From contig NC_086097.1 of the NCBI RefSeq assembly GCF_963921235.1, positions 136,278,001 through 136,342,000 on the forward strand: DNA of 64,000 nt, in the 5' to 3' direction. The DNA is from Mobula hypostoma (lineage: Eukaryota). The position numbers and the translations under genes are program-made. Below, piece by piece: positions 50,900 through 62,745 of the stretch. How positions within the stretch are numbered: position 1 is the stretch's first letter; each line of letters opens with the position of its first letter. A model generated the notes under the pieces. It saw nothing but the letters and a program-made list of their open reading frames with translations. It searched no databases and was not told the DNA's origin.

Positions 50900-52760
50900 G
50901 TCCAAAGTTCAAAGGAAGTTCATTATCAAAGTACACATATGTCACCATGTGCAACCTTGAGATTCATTTTCTTGTGGGCTTACTCAGTAAATCCAAGAGC
51001 CGTGATAGAATCAACAAAGGACTGCATATAATAAGACGGACAGGGAACTAATGTGCAAAAGACAACAAACAGTTCAAATGCAAAATAAAAAAATAGTAAT
51101 TTTAAAAAAACAATAAATATGGAGAACATGAGATGAAGAGTCCTTGAAAGTCAGTCCATAGATTGTGGGAACAGTTCAGTGATGAGACAAGTGCCACTGT
51201 GTGAAGATATGCCCTCTGGTTGAAGGGCATGGTGATTCAGGGGTAATAAGTTTCCCTGAACCTGGTGGTGCAAGTCTTGACACTTCTCTACCTTCTTTTT
51301 GATGGCAGCAGCGAGCAGGGGCCGTGACCTGGTGATGGGGGTCCCTGAAGATGGATGCGGCCTTCTTGCGACCCCACTCCATGTAGATGTGCTCAGTGGT
51401 GGGGGAGGGCTTTACCCATGGTGAACTGGGCCGAATCTATTACTTTTTGTAGGATTTTCCGTTCAAGGGCATTGGTGTTTCCATACCAGGCTGTGATGCA
51501 ACCAATGAATATACTCTCCACCACACATCTATAGAAGTTTGTCAAAGTTTTAGATGTCATGCTGAATCCTCGTCAACTTTTAAGGACATGGAGGCACTGT
51601 TGTGCTTTCTTCATAATTGTACCTATGTGCTGGGCCCAGGACAGATACTCTGCAATGATAACACTGAGGAATTTAAAGTTGCTGACCCTCTCTACCTCTG
51701 ATCCCCCAATGAGGACTGGCTCATGGACCTACGGTTTCCTTCTGAAGTGAATATTCAGCTCCTTGTTTTTAATGAATTTTTTTTAGATTATGAAGACACG
51801 TAGTCCTCTCTTATTGTCATTTAGTAATGCATGCATTAAGAAATGATACAATATTTTCTCCGGTGTGATATCACAAAACACAGGACAGACCAAGACTGAA
51901 AAAACTCCTGACAAAACCACGTAATTATAACATATAGTTACAACAGTGCAACAATACCATAACTTGATGAAGAAGTCCATGAGCACAGTAAAGTTCAAAG
52001 TCTCTCAAATGTCCCACATCTCACACAGACAGGAGAAGGAAGAAAAACTCTCCCTGCCATGCCGACCACAATCCGACTCTAGGTCATCTGAAAACTTCGA
52101 GCTCTGATCAGCTCTCCGACACCGAGTACTGAGCACCATCTCTGTCCAAACGATTCAACCTCCTTCTCGGTCGCCAAAAGCAGGCAAGGCCGGGGATTTT
52201 GAGGCCTACCCTCCGAAAGATTCCCGACCACGCAGTAATGACAGCAGCGAACGAGCGTTTCAGAAATTTCTCCAGATGTTCCTTTGTGCTTTCAAGTCCA
52301 TTCTCCATCAAATCAGAATTGTCCACGGCCCCTATTTAACAGATAAGATATCATTTTTCACCGGAGGGCTGCGCACGCGCAGGTGCGCTGTCATCTTCTC
52401 CTCCCGAATTTAAGAGAGAAGTTGTTGTTGGGGCACCGCTCAGCCAGATTTTCCCTCCTATATGCTGATTCAGCCAACTACAGTGACGTCATCAGCAAAC
52501 ATAAATATGGCATTAGAGCTGTGCTTAGCCAAACAATCATAAAGTGAGTGGACCGAGGGCTAAGCACACAGCCTTGTGGTGCAGCTGTGCTGATGGAAAT
52601 TGTAGAGGAGATGTCGCTGCCAATCCAAACTGACTGAGGTCTGCAATTGGGGAAATTGAGGACCCAATTGCAGAAAGAGATATTGAGGCCAAGGTCTTGA
52701 AACTTATTGATTAGTTTTGAGGGGATATAATATTGAATGCTGATCTATAGTCAATTAACT
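50900..52760 (-). mobile_element. Rex1/L2-type LINE 3' part, interrupted by the 680-bp retroposon
   Basis: caaagttcaaa tail and KAASIFRDPHH in ORF 51176-51382. RT-like sequence resumes after 52411. Confidence 0.75.
51783..52405 (-). mobile_element. About 620-bp non-autonomous retroposon, copy 3 (divergent subfamily)
   Basis: Same head (catcttctcctccc) and tail architecture as copies 1 and 2. Flanked by a GAATTT direct repeat. Confidence 0.8.
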
Positions 52761-53334
52761 TAAAGAGGTGGAGTTAAGAGTCCGAGAATGTGGCAGCATG
52801 ACTAGGAAGGGGATATGAAGGAGCTGCTTAGTTCAGAAGTCCGATTGCGGTTAGGAAGAAGTTGCTCTTGAGCGTGATGCTCCAGGATCTAGTGACATAA
52901 TATATGTGGCAGAATCCATTTACTGAGGAGGCAGGCAGAGCCTGGGTTTGAGATCTCACAATCGTTCCAACACTGTGGCACTTCCTCAGTGCTGCTTGTT
53001 TCCCTTCTCTGGAGGGAGTAACAAATCCACACCTAGAGATCGAGTAGCTTGGGCCTCTGCTGTCTGCACTTCGGAGGAACGAGAGAACAGGATTGCTGTA
53101 CTAGAGGGACAGCAGGTACTGCTGTTTACTTTGCTTCATGGAAAAGTGGCTACCACTGCCATTTCAGACATTGCGCTGCAGCTCGATGACTTCACCATTC
53201 ACAGTATTTTAAAGGCTGAGAAGCTGGAGTATGATTTAAGATTAACTCATCATAGTGCAGAAATGTGGCAGTTCTATCTCAGTTCTGCTCACCTTACCTG
53301 GAACATCTAACAATCAATTGACGTCCATTTTTTT

Positions 53335-53527
53335 AAAGGTGGGAGAGCGGAAACCAAATTGGATGACAACTAACCAATCAGGAAGGATGAACAATCTGGT
53401 GTAAATAACTGCAGAACAGACATGCCCCATGCAATATCCCTGATGAAGATGGCAAAGATTGTCATCGAAATATTAGTTAAAATTGATACCTGTAATGGCT
53501 GGAGGCCCCAGAAGAATTTATAAGAAG
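53335..53527 (+). mobile_element. Penelope-like element terminal fragment with a hammerhead motif
   Basis: CCAATCA...CTGATGA-A-GATGGCAA-aga-TTGTCATC-GAAA at 53440-53470, with an 8-bp stem II. Confidence 0.65.
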
Positions 53528-53624
53528 ATGTGCGGTGCACTTCTGCTATCAGTCCTTTGCCTCGGAGAATGAATGAGGCCCACATTTAATATCTCAATTT
53601 GCAGGAAGCACCTCAACAGTCATA

Positions 53625-54980
53625 CACCCTCCATACTGCTCCCACAATGTGACACACATTCAGCACCACCTCTCCCACGGTGTGATTCGCCCTCAGTACT
53701 GTCCCTCCCACAGTGTGACACTCCCTCAGTACTGTCCATCTCACAGCGTGACACTCCCTCAGTACTGTCTGTCCCACAGCGTGACACTCCCTCAGTACTG
53801 TCCATCCCACAGTTTGACACTCCCTGTACTGTCCATCCCACAGTGTGACACTCCCTCAGTACTGTCCATCCAACAGTGCGACCCTCCCTCAGTCCTGTCC
53901 ATCCCACAGAGTGACACTCCCTCAGTACCGTCCATCCCACAGTGTGACACTCTCTCAGTACCGTCCATCCCACAGTGTGACACTCCCTCAGTACTGTCCA
54001 TCCCACAGTTTGACACTCCCTGTACTGTCCATCCCACAGTGTGACACTCCCTCAGTACTGTCCATCCAACAGTGCGACCCTTCCTCAGTCCTGTCCATCC
54101 CACAGTGTGACACTCTGTCAGTACTGTCCATCCCACAGTGTGACACTCCCTCAGTACTGTCCATCATACTGTGTGACACTCCCTCAGTACCCTCCATTCC
54201 ACAGTGTGACACTCTCTCAGTACTGTCCATCCCACAGTGTGACACTCTCTCAGTACTGTCCATCCCACTGTGTGACACTCCCTCAGTACTGTCCATCCCA
54301 CAGCGTGACACTCTCTCAGTACTGTCCATCCCACAGTGTGAGACTCCCTCAGTACTGTCCATCTCTCAGTGTGAGACTCCCTCAGTACTGTCCATCCCAC
54401 AGTGTGACACTCCCTCAGTACTGTCCATCCCACAGTGTGACAGTCCCTCAGTACTGTCCATCCCACAGTGTGACACTCTCTCAGTACTGTCCATTCCACA
54501 GTGTGACAGTCCCTCAGTACTGTCCATCCCACAGTGTGACACTCTCTCAGTACTGTCTATCCCCCAGTGTGACACTCCCTCAGTACCGTCCATCCCACAG
54601 TGTGACACTCCCTCAGTACCGTCCACACACAGTGTGACACCCCCTCAGTACTGTCCATCCCACAGTGTGACACTCCCTCAGTACCGTCCATTCCACAGTG
54701 TGACACACTCTCAGTACTGTCCATCCCACAGTGTGACACTCCCTCAGTACTGTCCATCCCGCAGTGTGACACTCTCTCAGTACTGTCCATCCCACAGTGT
54801 GACACTCTCTCAGTACTGCCCGTCAGACAATGTGACACCCCCTCAGTACTGCCCGTCACACAGTGTGACACCCCCTCAGTACTGTCCGTCCCACAGTGTG
54901 ACATTCCCTCAGTACTGCCCGTCACACAGTGTGACACTCCCTCAGTACTGCCCGTCACACAGTGTGACACTCCCTCAGTA
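53625..54980. repeat. 33-bp minisatellite, about 40 units
   Basis: Unit CACAGTGTGACACTCCCTCAGTACTGTCCATCC. It produces 11-aa periodic ORFs on both strands. Confidence 0.97.
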
Positions 54981-56572
54981 ATCACCCCTTTGACAATCTC
55001 CTATCATCAAACATCGCATAAGGAGGTCATCTAGCCTCTCAAGCCTGTGGTGGATCTGAGAGCAAACCCATCAGTGTCAATTCCTTATTTGTCTTCCTGT
55101 CACCTATTCTCCCTGTCTTTGCATCAACTCTCTTAATTTCAGTTATTCTCCTGCGGTTTCCAGGGGCTAATTGTCTTACCAATTTTCCCTCGGGTCAAGT
55201 GCAACTGGACAAAACTCTTGGAGTCCCAGGGAGAATGTACAAACTCCACACAGGCAGCTCGCGAGGTCGGAACCAAAATTGGGTCTCTGTTGCCGCGAGG
55301 CAGCAGTTCTATTTCTCCACTGTTGTGCTGGCCAACGACTGCCCCCCAGTGTGACCGTCCCCTGTGGAGGGATGATCTGGTACCCAGAGTCTGAAGTGGA
55401 AGACTGGAACCAATGATTTTCAGTCTCTGTGGTGGGATTACAGTCTCCTCCCAGAACCCATACACGAGAGGAACGGTGAATAATGGAAGACAAATGTACC
55501 AGCGGTCCGCTCACTCTCTGCACTCAGTCTAAATATTATCCTGATTCATTGGTTCTCTACAATTGTGTCTGTGTTTTACTTGAGAGAAAACAGCAAATGT
55601 TCCCAGCCTACAGATTTGATGACTCCAGCGAAATGTCACGTCCCACCAGCAGAATCAGCTTGCTGATAATGTTGTCCTTCAGAAGGAATGTGATCCAATT
55701 CCTTCCAGTTGCAGTTCAAATTCATCTAATTTTGACCTCCCATTGCTGCTCAAATCAACAAGGGTAAAATTCCCAGCAGATCTCGATCCCTCCAAACCTT
55801 TATATCCCTGCAAGATCTCTGAATCTCTACATCCCTGCATCCTGACTTTCTCTGTGTGTGTCTCTCTCTCCCCCTTTCACATCTTCCTCCACACCTGATC
55901 TTCTGATAGTTTCTTTTAGCAGCTCTTTATGTGACTCAGTGGCAAACTTTGAACGTGAACCTGTGAAGTGCCTGGGGGGATGCAGCATAAAGGCAGGTTC
56001 TGGTTGTTGTTCGGCTGCTGTGTACCCGGCTGCATGGTTGGTTCTCATGCAAGGAACTTCCAATTAGCCTTAACGAATTATGCAAATAGACCATGAAGCC
56101 TGCAAAGGAGCCTCACTGGGATGGAGCTTGTGAAGTTCTGGCAGAGACCCAACCTGTAATTTTCCTCCCATTAAAATATCCCAGCTAAAGGTTATACCTC
56201 AGGATGCTGAAGTGTTGCTCCTGTGTCACTGGGAAATGGAGCAGCCTGGACAACTGCCCCCAGTGACTGTTCCTACACAAAATAAACCTGTGAAAGGCGG
56301 GTGTCCATCTGGCTCTGATTCAATATTACTAACAGACCATAAAACCATTCGACCCATTGAGTCTGCTTCACCAATCATGGCTGTAACATTTAACTCCACC
56401 CCCCTTAACAGTGAAGAACCCATCAGTCTCTACCTTAAATATACCGAATGCTTTATCCGCCACGGCCCTCTCTAGCAACAGGTTCACCATCCTCTGGCTG
56501 AAGATACGTCACACCAGCAGCTTTACTTTATTAGGGATTTGAAGGAAATCAGTACGTCTCCAAAGACTCCAG

Positions 56573-57366
56573 AACATAGAAACCTAGAAAACCTACAGCA
56601 CAATACAGGCCCTTCGGCCCACAAAGCTGTGCCGAACATGTCCTTCCCTGAGAAATTACCTAGGGTTACCCATAACCCTCTATTTTTCTGAGCTCCATAT
56701 GCCCGTCCTTAAAAAACCCTATCGTATCTACCTCCACCACCGTTGCCGGCAGCCGATTCCACGCACTCACCACTCTGCATAAAAAACTTACCCCTGACAT
56801 CTCCACTGTACCTACTTCCAAACACCATAAAACTGCGTCCTCTCACGTTAGCCATTTCAGCCCTGGGTAAAAGCCTCTGACTATCCACATGATCAATGCT
56901 TCTCATCATCTTATACACCTCTATCAGGTCACCTCTCATCCTCTGTCGCTCCAAGGAAAAAAAGCCGAGTTCACTCAATTTATTCTCAGGAGGCATGCTC
57001 CCCAATCCAGGTAACATCCTTGTAAATCTTCTCTGTACGCTTTCTATGGTTTCCACATCCTTCCTATAGTGAGGCGACCAGAACTGAGAACAGTACTCCA
57101 AGTGGGGTCTGACCAGGGTCCTATATTGCTGCAACATTACCTCTCGGCTCCTAAACTCAATCACATGATTGATGAAGGCCAATGCACCGTATGCCTTCTT
57201 AACCACAGAGTCAACCTACGCAGCAGCTTTGAGTGTCCTATGAACTCGGACCCCAAGATCCCTCTGGTCCTCCATGCTGCCAAGAGTCTTACCATTAATA
57301 CATTATTCTGCAATCATATTTGACCTACCAAAATGAACCACCTCACACTTATCTGGGTTGAACTCT
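56573..57366 (-). mobile_element. CR1 LINE 3' fragment
   Basis: ORF 56709-57206 has YRTLVRPHLEYCSQFWSP. (tttctagg/tttctatg) tail. Confidence 0.92.
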
Positions 57367-57369
57367 AGT

Positions 57370-58030
57370 AAGTTTCTACAGATGTCTATTTGAGAGCATT
57401 CTGACTGGTTGCATCAATGCCTGGTATGGAAGTTCCAATGCACAGGACAGAGAGAGGCTGCAAGGCATTGCATATTCAATCAGCACCATCACGGACGCAA
57501 CCTCCCTACCATCGAGGACATCTTCAAAAGGCAGTACCTCAAGAAGATGGCATCCATCAAAAAGGATTTTCACCATCCGGTAGGAGGTATAGGAGCCTGA
57601 AAATGCACATTCAATGTTTCAGGAATGGCTTCTTCCTCTCTGCCATCAGATCTCTGAACCATCACTGAACCCATGAACACTACAATTCCTCTTTAGCACT
57701 ATTCATTTATTTTATTTCTTATTGGATCTTCACCGTATCTTGGTATATGTGACAATACTAGACCAATTCCATTAATTTATAAATCTGTAGTCTTTGTTTT
57801 TTCCTATTTCCTTCTATTTTTTCTTTTTACTGTTTTTCTACATTTTTTTCTTACGAAGGACCTTATGCACCATCTTTGTTTCTGCACGGCTTTTTTTCTG
57901 TCTTGTCTACTTTATGCATAATTTATGATTTGTGTGTGATCTGTACCGATGGACCTGAGGTGCTGCTGCAAGCACCTTTTTCTTGTACTCCACCGTCCAT
58001 GTGCACGTGACCAGAAACTTGACTTGACTT
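57370..58030 (+). mobile_element. Rex1/L2-type LINE 3' fragments
   Basis: LPTIEDIFKRQYLKKMASIKKDFHHP and RNGFFLSAIRSLN, with a (acttg)n tail. Confidence 0.7.
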
Positions 58031-58996
58031 GAGATGCCCGTTTATAAGGACAGACATTGAATAAGTTGGGAGTTGTAGTCTATAACTACTGTCTGTGTTG
58101 TTGAGATACTGCGATCACTGAGACTGCCTAGATCGAAGATTTCTTGCCCAGTGTCTGGAAAATAATGAACTGGCTCTGCCACTTCCCAATATCGAGTTCA
58201 CACACCGTACAAAGATTTATGTTTTCAGGTTACACGTCCCTGTTTAACTCAGGCAGAAATTCATTGTGAAACGATTTCCTTTGTCACAAAGGGAAACCTG
58301 CCCTATAATTAAGTTCCCTCAGCTGAATTGTTTGATAAATTAACACCATATTTTCTCTGCCAACAGAGGGAAAGTCAACAAAGGGAAAGTATTGAGTCCT
58401 GCTCAATGTTCCTAACCACAATCAAGCCACCCCTCCCGAAATTTCGGTAATTGTACTGTAGAAGCCCACATCGTCATAGGGAGAACTTCCAAACTCTACA
58501 TAAACAGAGCCAGAGGCTGGGATTGAACCTGGCTTGCTGGAGCCGAAAGACAATAGTAAATATTTTGGGAGTTTATGTCAATAATCAGCAATCAGTTCCA
58601 TGTTGAATTAATGGTTTCTACTATCACTGCATTCCAGTATTTAGCACCCATGTGTGCATCTGACCACCTACCGCTTCCCCTCCAGGTCGCACACCACCCT
58701 CACCTGGTAACACATTACTTTTCTTTGATCGTCACCGAATCTAGATCTGCAGCTCTGTGGGAGCACCTTCACCAGAAGGGGTCAAGAGGGTGAAGGCCTT
58801 CACAGTTGCCAGTGCAGTTTGAGCCAAGGAATAAATGCCCACCAGCATGAAAGATCGCCACCAGTTATTGGACCTGAGGTTGTATCATCCACAGTGGACA
58901 GATATATTATCTTCAGCTTGGCACCATCAACAAGGAGTCAGACTTTCCATTTTCCTGCATTGATTCCCAAGGAAAAGATGACAAAATCTGAATGGA

Positions 58997-59114
58997 AACA
59001 CGAGAAAATCTGCAGATGCCTGACGAAGGGTCTCGGCCCGAAACATTGACTGTACTTCTTCCTATAGATGCTGCCCGGCCTGCTGCGTTCCACCAGCATT
59101 TTGTGTGTGTTGCT
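58997..59114 (+). mobile_element. Penelope-derived short insert with an inverted 5' segment and a hammerhead motif
   Basis: 14-bp direct repeat AAAATCTGAATGGA at 58983-58996 and 59115-59128. CTGACGA-AGGGTCTCGGCCC-GAAAC at 59020-59044. Confidence 0.8.
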
Positions 59115-59299
59115 AAAATCTGAATGGACTCACTCTCCCCCGTGTATGGTCAATCTACACCATCTCATTCCACAAAATCCCTCAAGGTCTCTTAATGGGA
59201 AGTGCATCCATGTGCTACTCCTGCCAGACCAGATTAATGAACTGGAACTGAATCTGAAATCACCCAGGAAGCCAACTGCTTCAGGTTGAAACTTTTACT

Positions 59300-60053
59300 G
59301 AGGTGGTCACAGCCAAGGTACAGCTTTCAGATAAGTGAGTGACCACCAGAAAAAGTAAGGGGAGTAGGCGGTCAGTGCGGCGTTCCCATGTGGCCATTCA
59401 CTAGCAATAACTATGGCCCTTTGGATATTAGTTAGTTCGAGGTTCTGGCTGGAGATTCTTTGGCTGTGAAAAAGTGTTGCCTCCTCAGTGCCAGGGTCAA
59501 GGATGTCTTTTGGCAGCTGCAGAAAAATTCTTGAAGGGGAGATCATACAGTCAGAGGTCGTTGTACAGATTAGTACAAACAACATAACAAGAACAATGGA
59601 TGAGGTCCTGCAGAATGTTATAGGGAGTCGGGAGCATAGGGTAAGAAATTAAAATACAGGACCTCGAGGGTTGTGATGTCTAGATTACTCCCAGTGCCAT
59701 GTGTTTGTGAGTCCAGAGATAGAAGATAGGCCAGATGAATCTGTGGCTGAAGAGCTGAGCAGGGGGCAGGGAGTGAAGTTCTTAGATCACTGGGATCTCT
59801 CCTTGGGTCATGGTGACCTGTAGAAGAGGGGCGGGTGGCACTTGAACCAGAGAGGGAGCAATATCCTAAAAGGAAAATTTACTTTTGTCACCAGGGAGGG
59901 TTTAGGCCAAATTGTCTGAGGGGTGGGATTCGAGAGAGTTAAGTCAGTAAGAAGATGGAGGTTAATACAGGAATCTAAGTATATAAGTCTAACAATCGGG
60001 ATAGCCATGTTTACAGTAAAAAGGCAGATACTTCTGATGCTTTAAATTGCAAC
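59300..60053 (+). mobile_element. Old CR1, ORF1 esterase remnant; continues at 62746
   Basis: CCLLSARVKDV and EVVVQISTNNITR-like peptides, running into an ORF2 start (LNCNY). Confidence 0.7.
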
Positions 60054-60126
60054 TACACCCGGTGGCCACTTTATTATGCTGTAGCCCATCTAAGTCAAGG
60101 GTTGACATGAGGTGCACTCAGACATG

Positions 60127-62299
60127 TGGTACTATCTGAATGGTGTCAAGTTAGGAAAAGGGGAAGTACAATGAGATCTAGGTGTCCTTGTTCATCAGTC
60201 ACTGAAAGTAAGCATGCAGGTACAGCAGCCAGTGAAAAAAGCTAATGGCAGGTTGGCCTTCATAACAAGGGGAGTTGAGTGCAGGAGCAAAGTGTCACAG
60301 TGGGGCACTGGGAACAGACCCAAATGTGAGACACAGACACCGAAGTACAAGGAACAGAACTTGACTGGAGTAGGGACGTGACAGGATAGAGGCAAGGAGC
60401 AGGGACAAGAACGCAGACTTGGGCTAGGGAAAGCAGGACCAGGACTAGGAACCATGGACGAGGAGACAAGGCTTGGACTCCGAGTCCGAGACTGGACAAG
60501 GGCCCAGAACCTGGGTCTTGCCTCAGGGGCGGACCCCAGAACCAGGCAAGGACATGACATGGCTTCCGGACAGGACGTGGCTGGGGTCTAGAGGCCTGAG
60601 CTTGGAGACAGGCTGGGGTCTTGGGTCTTGAGGCTTGAGTCTGAGCTTGGAGGCCGGCTGAGGCTTGGGTTCGTGAAACTCGGCTGCAGGATCTTCGAGG
60701 CTTAGGTTCGTGGAGCTCGGTCGCGGGATCGTTGAGGCTTGGGGTCTTGGAGCTCGGCCGCAGGATCATCGAGGCTTGGGTTCTTGGAGCTTAGAGACAG
60801 ACTGGGAACCGAACATCAACACAGAGCTGGGACTTATCCTTCGACAAGCCGGGACTCATCTTTAACACAACACTAACATGAGACAGGACAGCACATAGGC
60901 ATAGAGCCGGGACTTATCCTAAGACAAGACAGGACTCAACTTCATCTCCACACCAAGGTGGGACAAGTCCCTCTGTCAGGTAACAGCAGAACAGCTGGAC
61001 TTACCCAACAGAGGCAAGGACAAGACAAGACAAGACAGATCCCCCCACAGGGCAACAGCAAAACAGCCTGACTTACCCACAGAGGCAAGGACAAAACAAG
61101 ACAAGACAGGACCCTCCACAGGGCAACAGCAGAACAGCCTGACTTACCCCACAGAGGTGAGGTGAGGACAAGACAGATCCCCCCATGGGGCAACAGCAAA
61201 ACAGCCTGGCTTACCCCACAGAGGCAAGGACAAGAAGAGACAAACATCAAAGAACAGACAGTTCCATCTCTGCTCCGGGGAAGCTCCAAGTCTCAGTTCG
61301 ACCAGCAACCTCAGCTGGCTACAGAAACAGCCAGATCCCTACCTAGCTCAGAGTGGCTGGCAGCCACTCAGCTGGCCCAGGAAACAGCCAAATCCATACT
61401 GCAAAGACAGCCCCAACTACCAACAGCAAGGCTCCATGAAGCAATGGTTCTCCAACACGGCCTAAAGATGACAATTGGCCGCTCTAGCCTTCCACCAGCC
61501 GGTTGCTCCAAGGGGGACTGACAAGACAAACCAGCAGCCCACACACAACCCTAAGGCTACTTATATTCCAAGCCCAAGATGGGAATCAGGTGCCTATGAT
61601 TAACTCACCCAAACAAGGGACAGCTGGAAGACACAGAGTCCTGAGTCCATGGACCGGACCATGAACCGAAATGTGGACATCATGGACTGGAACATGATAC
61701 AAAGAGGTCCTTCTGCAGTTGTACAGGGCCCTGGTGAGACCACACCTGGAGTATTGTGTGCAGTTTTGGTCTCCAAGTTTGAGGAAGGACATTCTTGCTA
61801 TTGAGGGAGTGCAGCATAGGTTCATGAGGTTAATTCCCAGGATGGCGGGACTGTCCTATGTTGAAAGATTGGAGTGACTGGGCTTGTATACACTGGAATT
61901 TAGAAGAATGAGAGGGGATCTGATTGAAACATATAATATTATTAAGGAATTGGACACGCTAGAGGCAGGAAACATGTTTCCGATGTTGGGGGGGGGTCCA
62001 GAACCAGAGGCCACAGTTTGAGATTAAGGGGTAGGCCATTTAGAATGGAGCTGAGGAAAAACTTTTTCACACAGAGAGCTGTGGATCTGTGGAATGCTCT
62101 GCCTCAGAAGGCAGTGGAGATCAATTCTCTGGATGCTTTCAAGAAAGAGTTAGATAGAGCTTTTAAAGATAGTGGAGTCAAGGGATATGGGGAGAAGGCA
62201 GGAACGGGGTACTGATTGTGGATGATCAGCCATGATCACAGTGAATGGTGGTGCTGGCTCAAAGGGCCGAATGGCCTACTCCTGCACCTATTGTCTATT
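60127..62299 (+). mobile_element. CR1 LINE 3' part, nested in the Tc1 element and interrupted by a solo LTR
   Basis: GACATG direct repeat at 60121-60126 and 62300-62305. The coding trace E.RSK|EVLLQLYRALVRPHLEYC spans the LTR. Confidence 0.9.
60293..61699 (-). mobile_element. Solo LTR (Gypsy-type, about 1.4 kb) with internal tandem repeats
   Basis: Ends TGTCAC...ATGATA (imperfect inverted termini). 5-bp TSD CAAAG at 60288-60292 and 61700-61704. CACCTG and TATAA near the minus-strand 5' end. No internal coding domains. Confidence 0.8.
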
Positions 62300-62745
62300 G
62301 ACATGCGCTCCTGCATATCACTGTTGTAATACGTGGTTATATGAGTTAATGTTGCCTTCCCGTCAGTCTGAAACAGTCTGGCCGTTCTCCTCTGACCTCT
62401 CTCATTAACAAGGCATTTTTGCCCACAGAACTGCCACTCACTGGATTTTTTTGTGTTCTTGCACAATTCTCTGTAAACTCTAAACATACTTGTGTGTAAA
62501 TCCAAGGAGGTCAGCGGTTTCTGAGATACATAAACCACTCCCTCTAGCAACAACAATCATTCCATGGTCAAAGTCACTTAGATCACATTTCTTTTCCTTT
62601 CAGATGTTTGGTCTGAACTTCGACTGAACCTCTTAAATATGTCTGCATGATCTTATGCATTGAGTTGCTGCCGTATGATTGGCCAATTAGACATACGCAT
62701 TAATGAGTAGGTGTGCAGGTGTACCTAATAAAGTGTCACTGAGTG

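Larger units (their letters stand above)
60056..62745 (-). mobile_element. Tc1/mariner deletion derivative, split by a nested CR1
   Basis: TIRs TA|CACCCGGTGGCCACTTTATTA and TAATAAAGTGTCACTGAGTG. Transposase remnant GQKCLVNERGQRRTARLFQTDGKATLTHITTYYN (ORF 62236-62556). Confidence 0.8.

Noticed and set aside
53625..54980. CRISPR-like array, or a 378-aa repetitive protein (ORF 53845-54981)
   Set aside because: Units are head-to-tail with no unique spacers and there are no cas genes in this eukaryotic context. Long ORFs arise in several frames simply because the 33-bp unit lacks stops.
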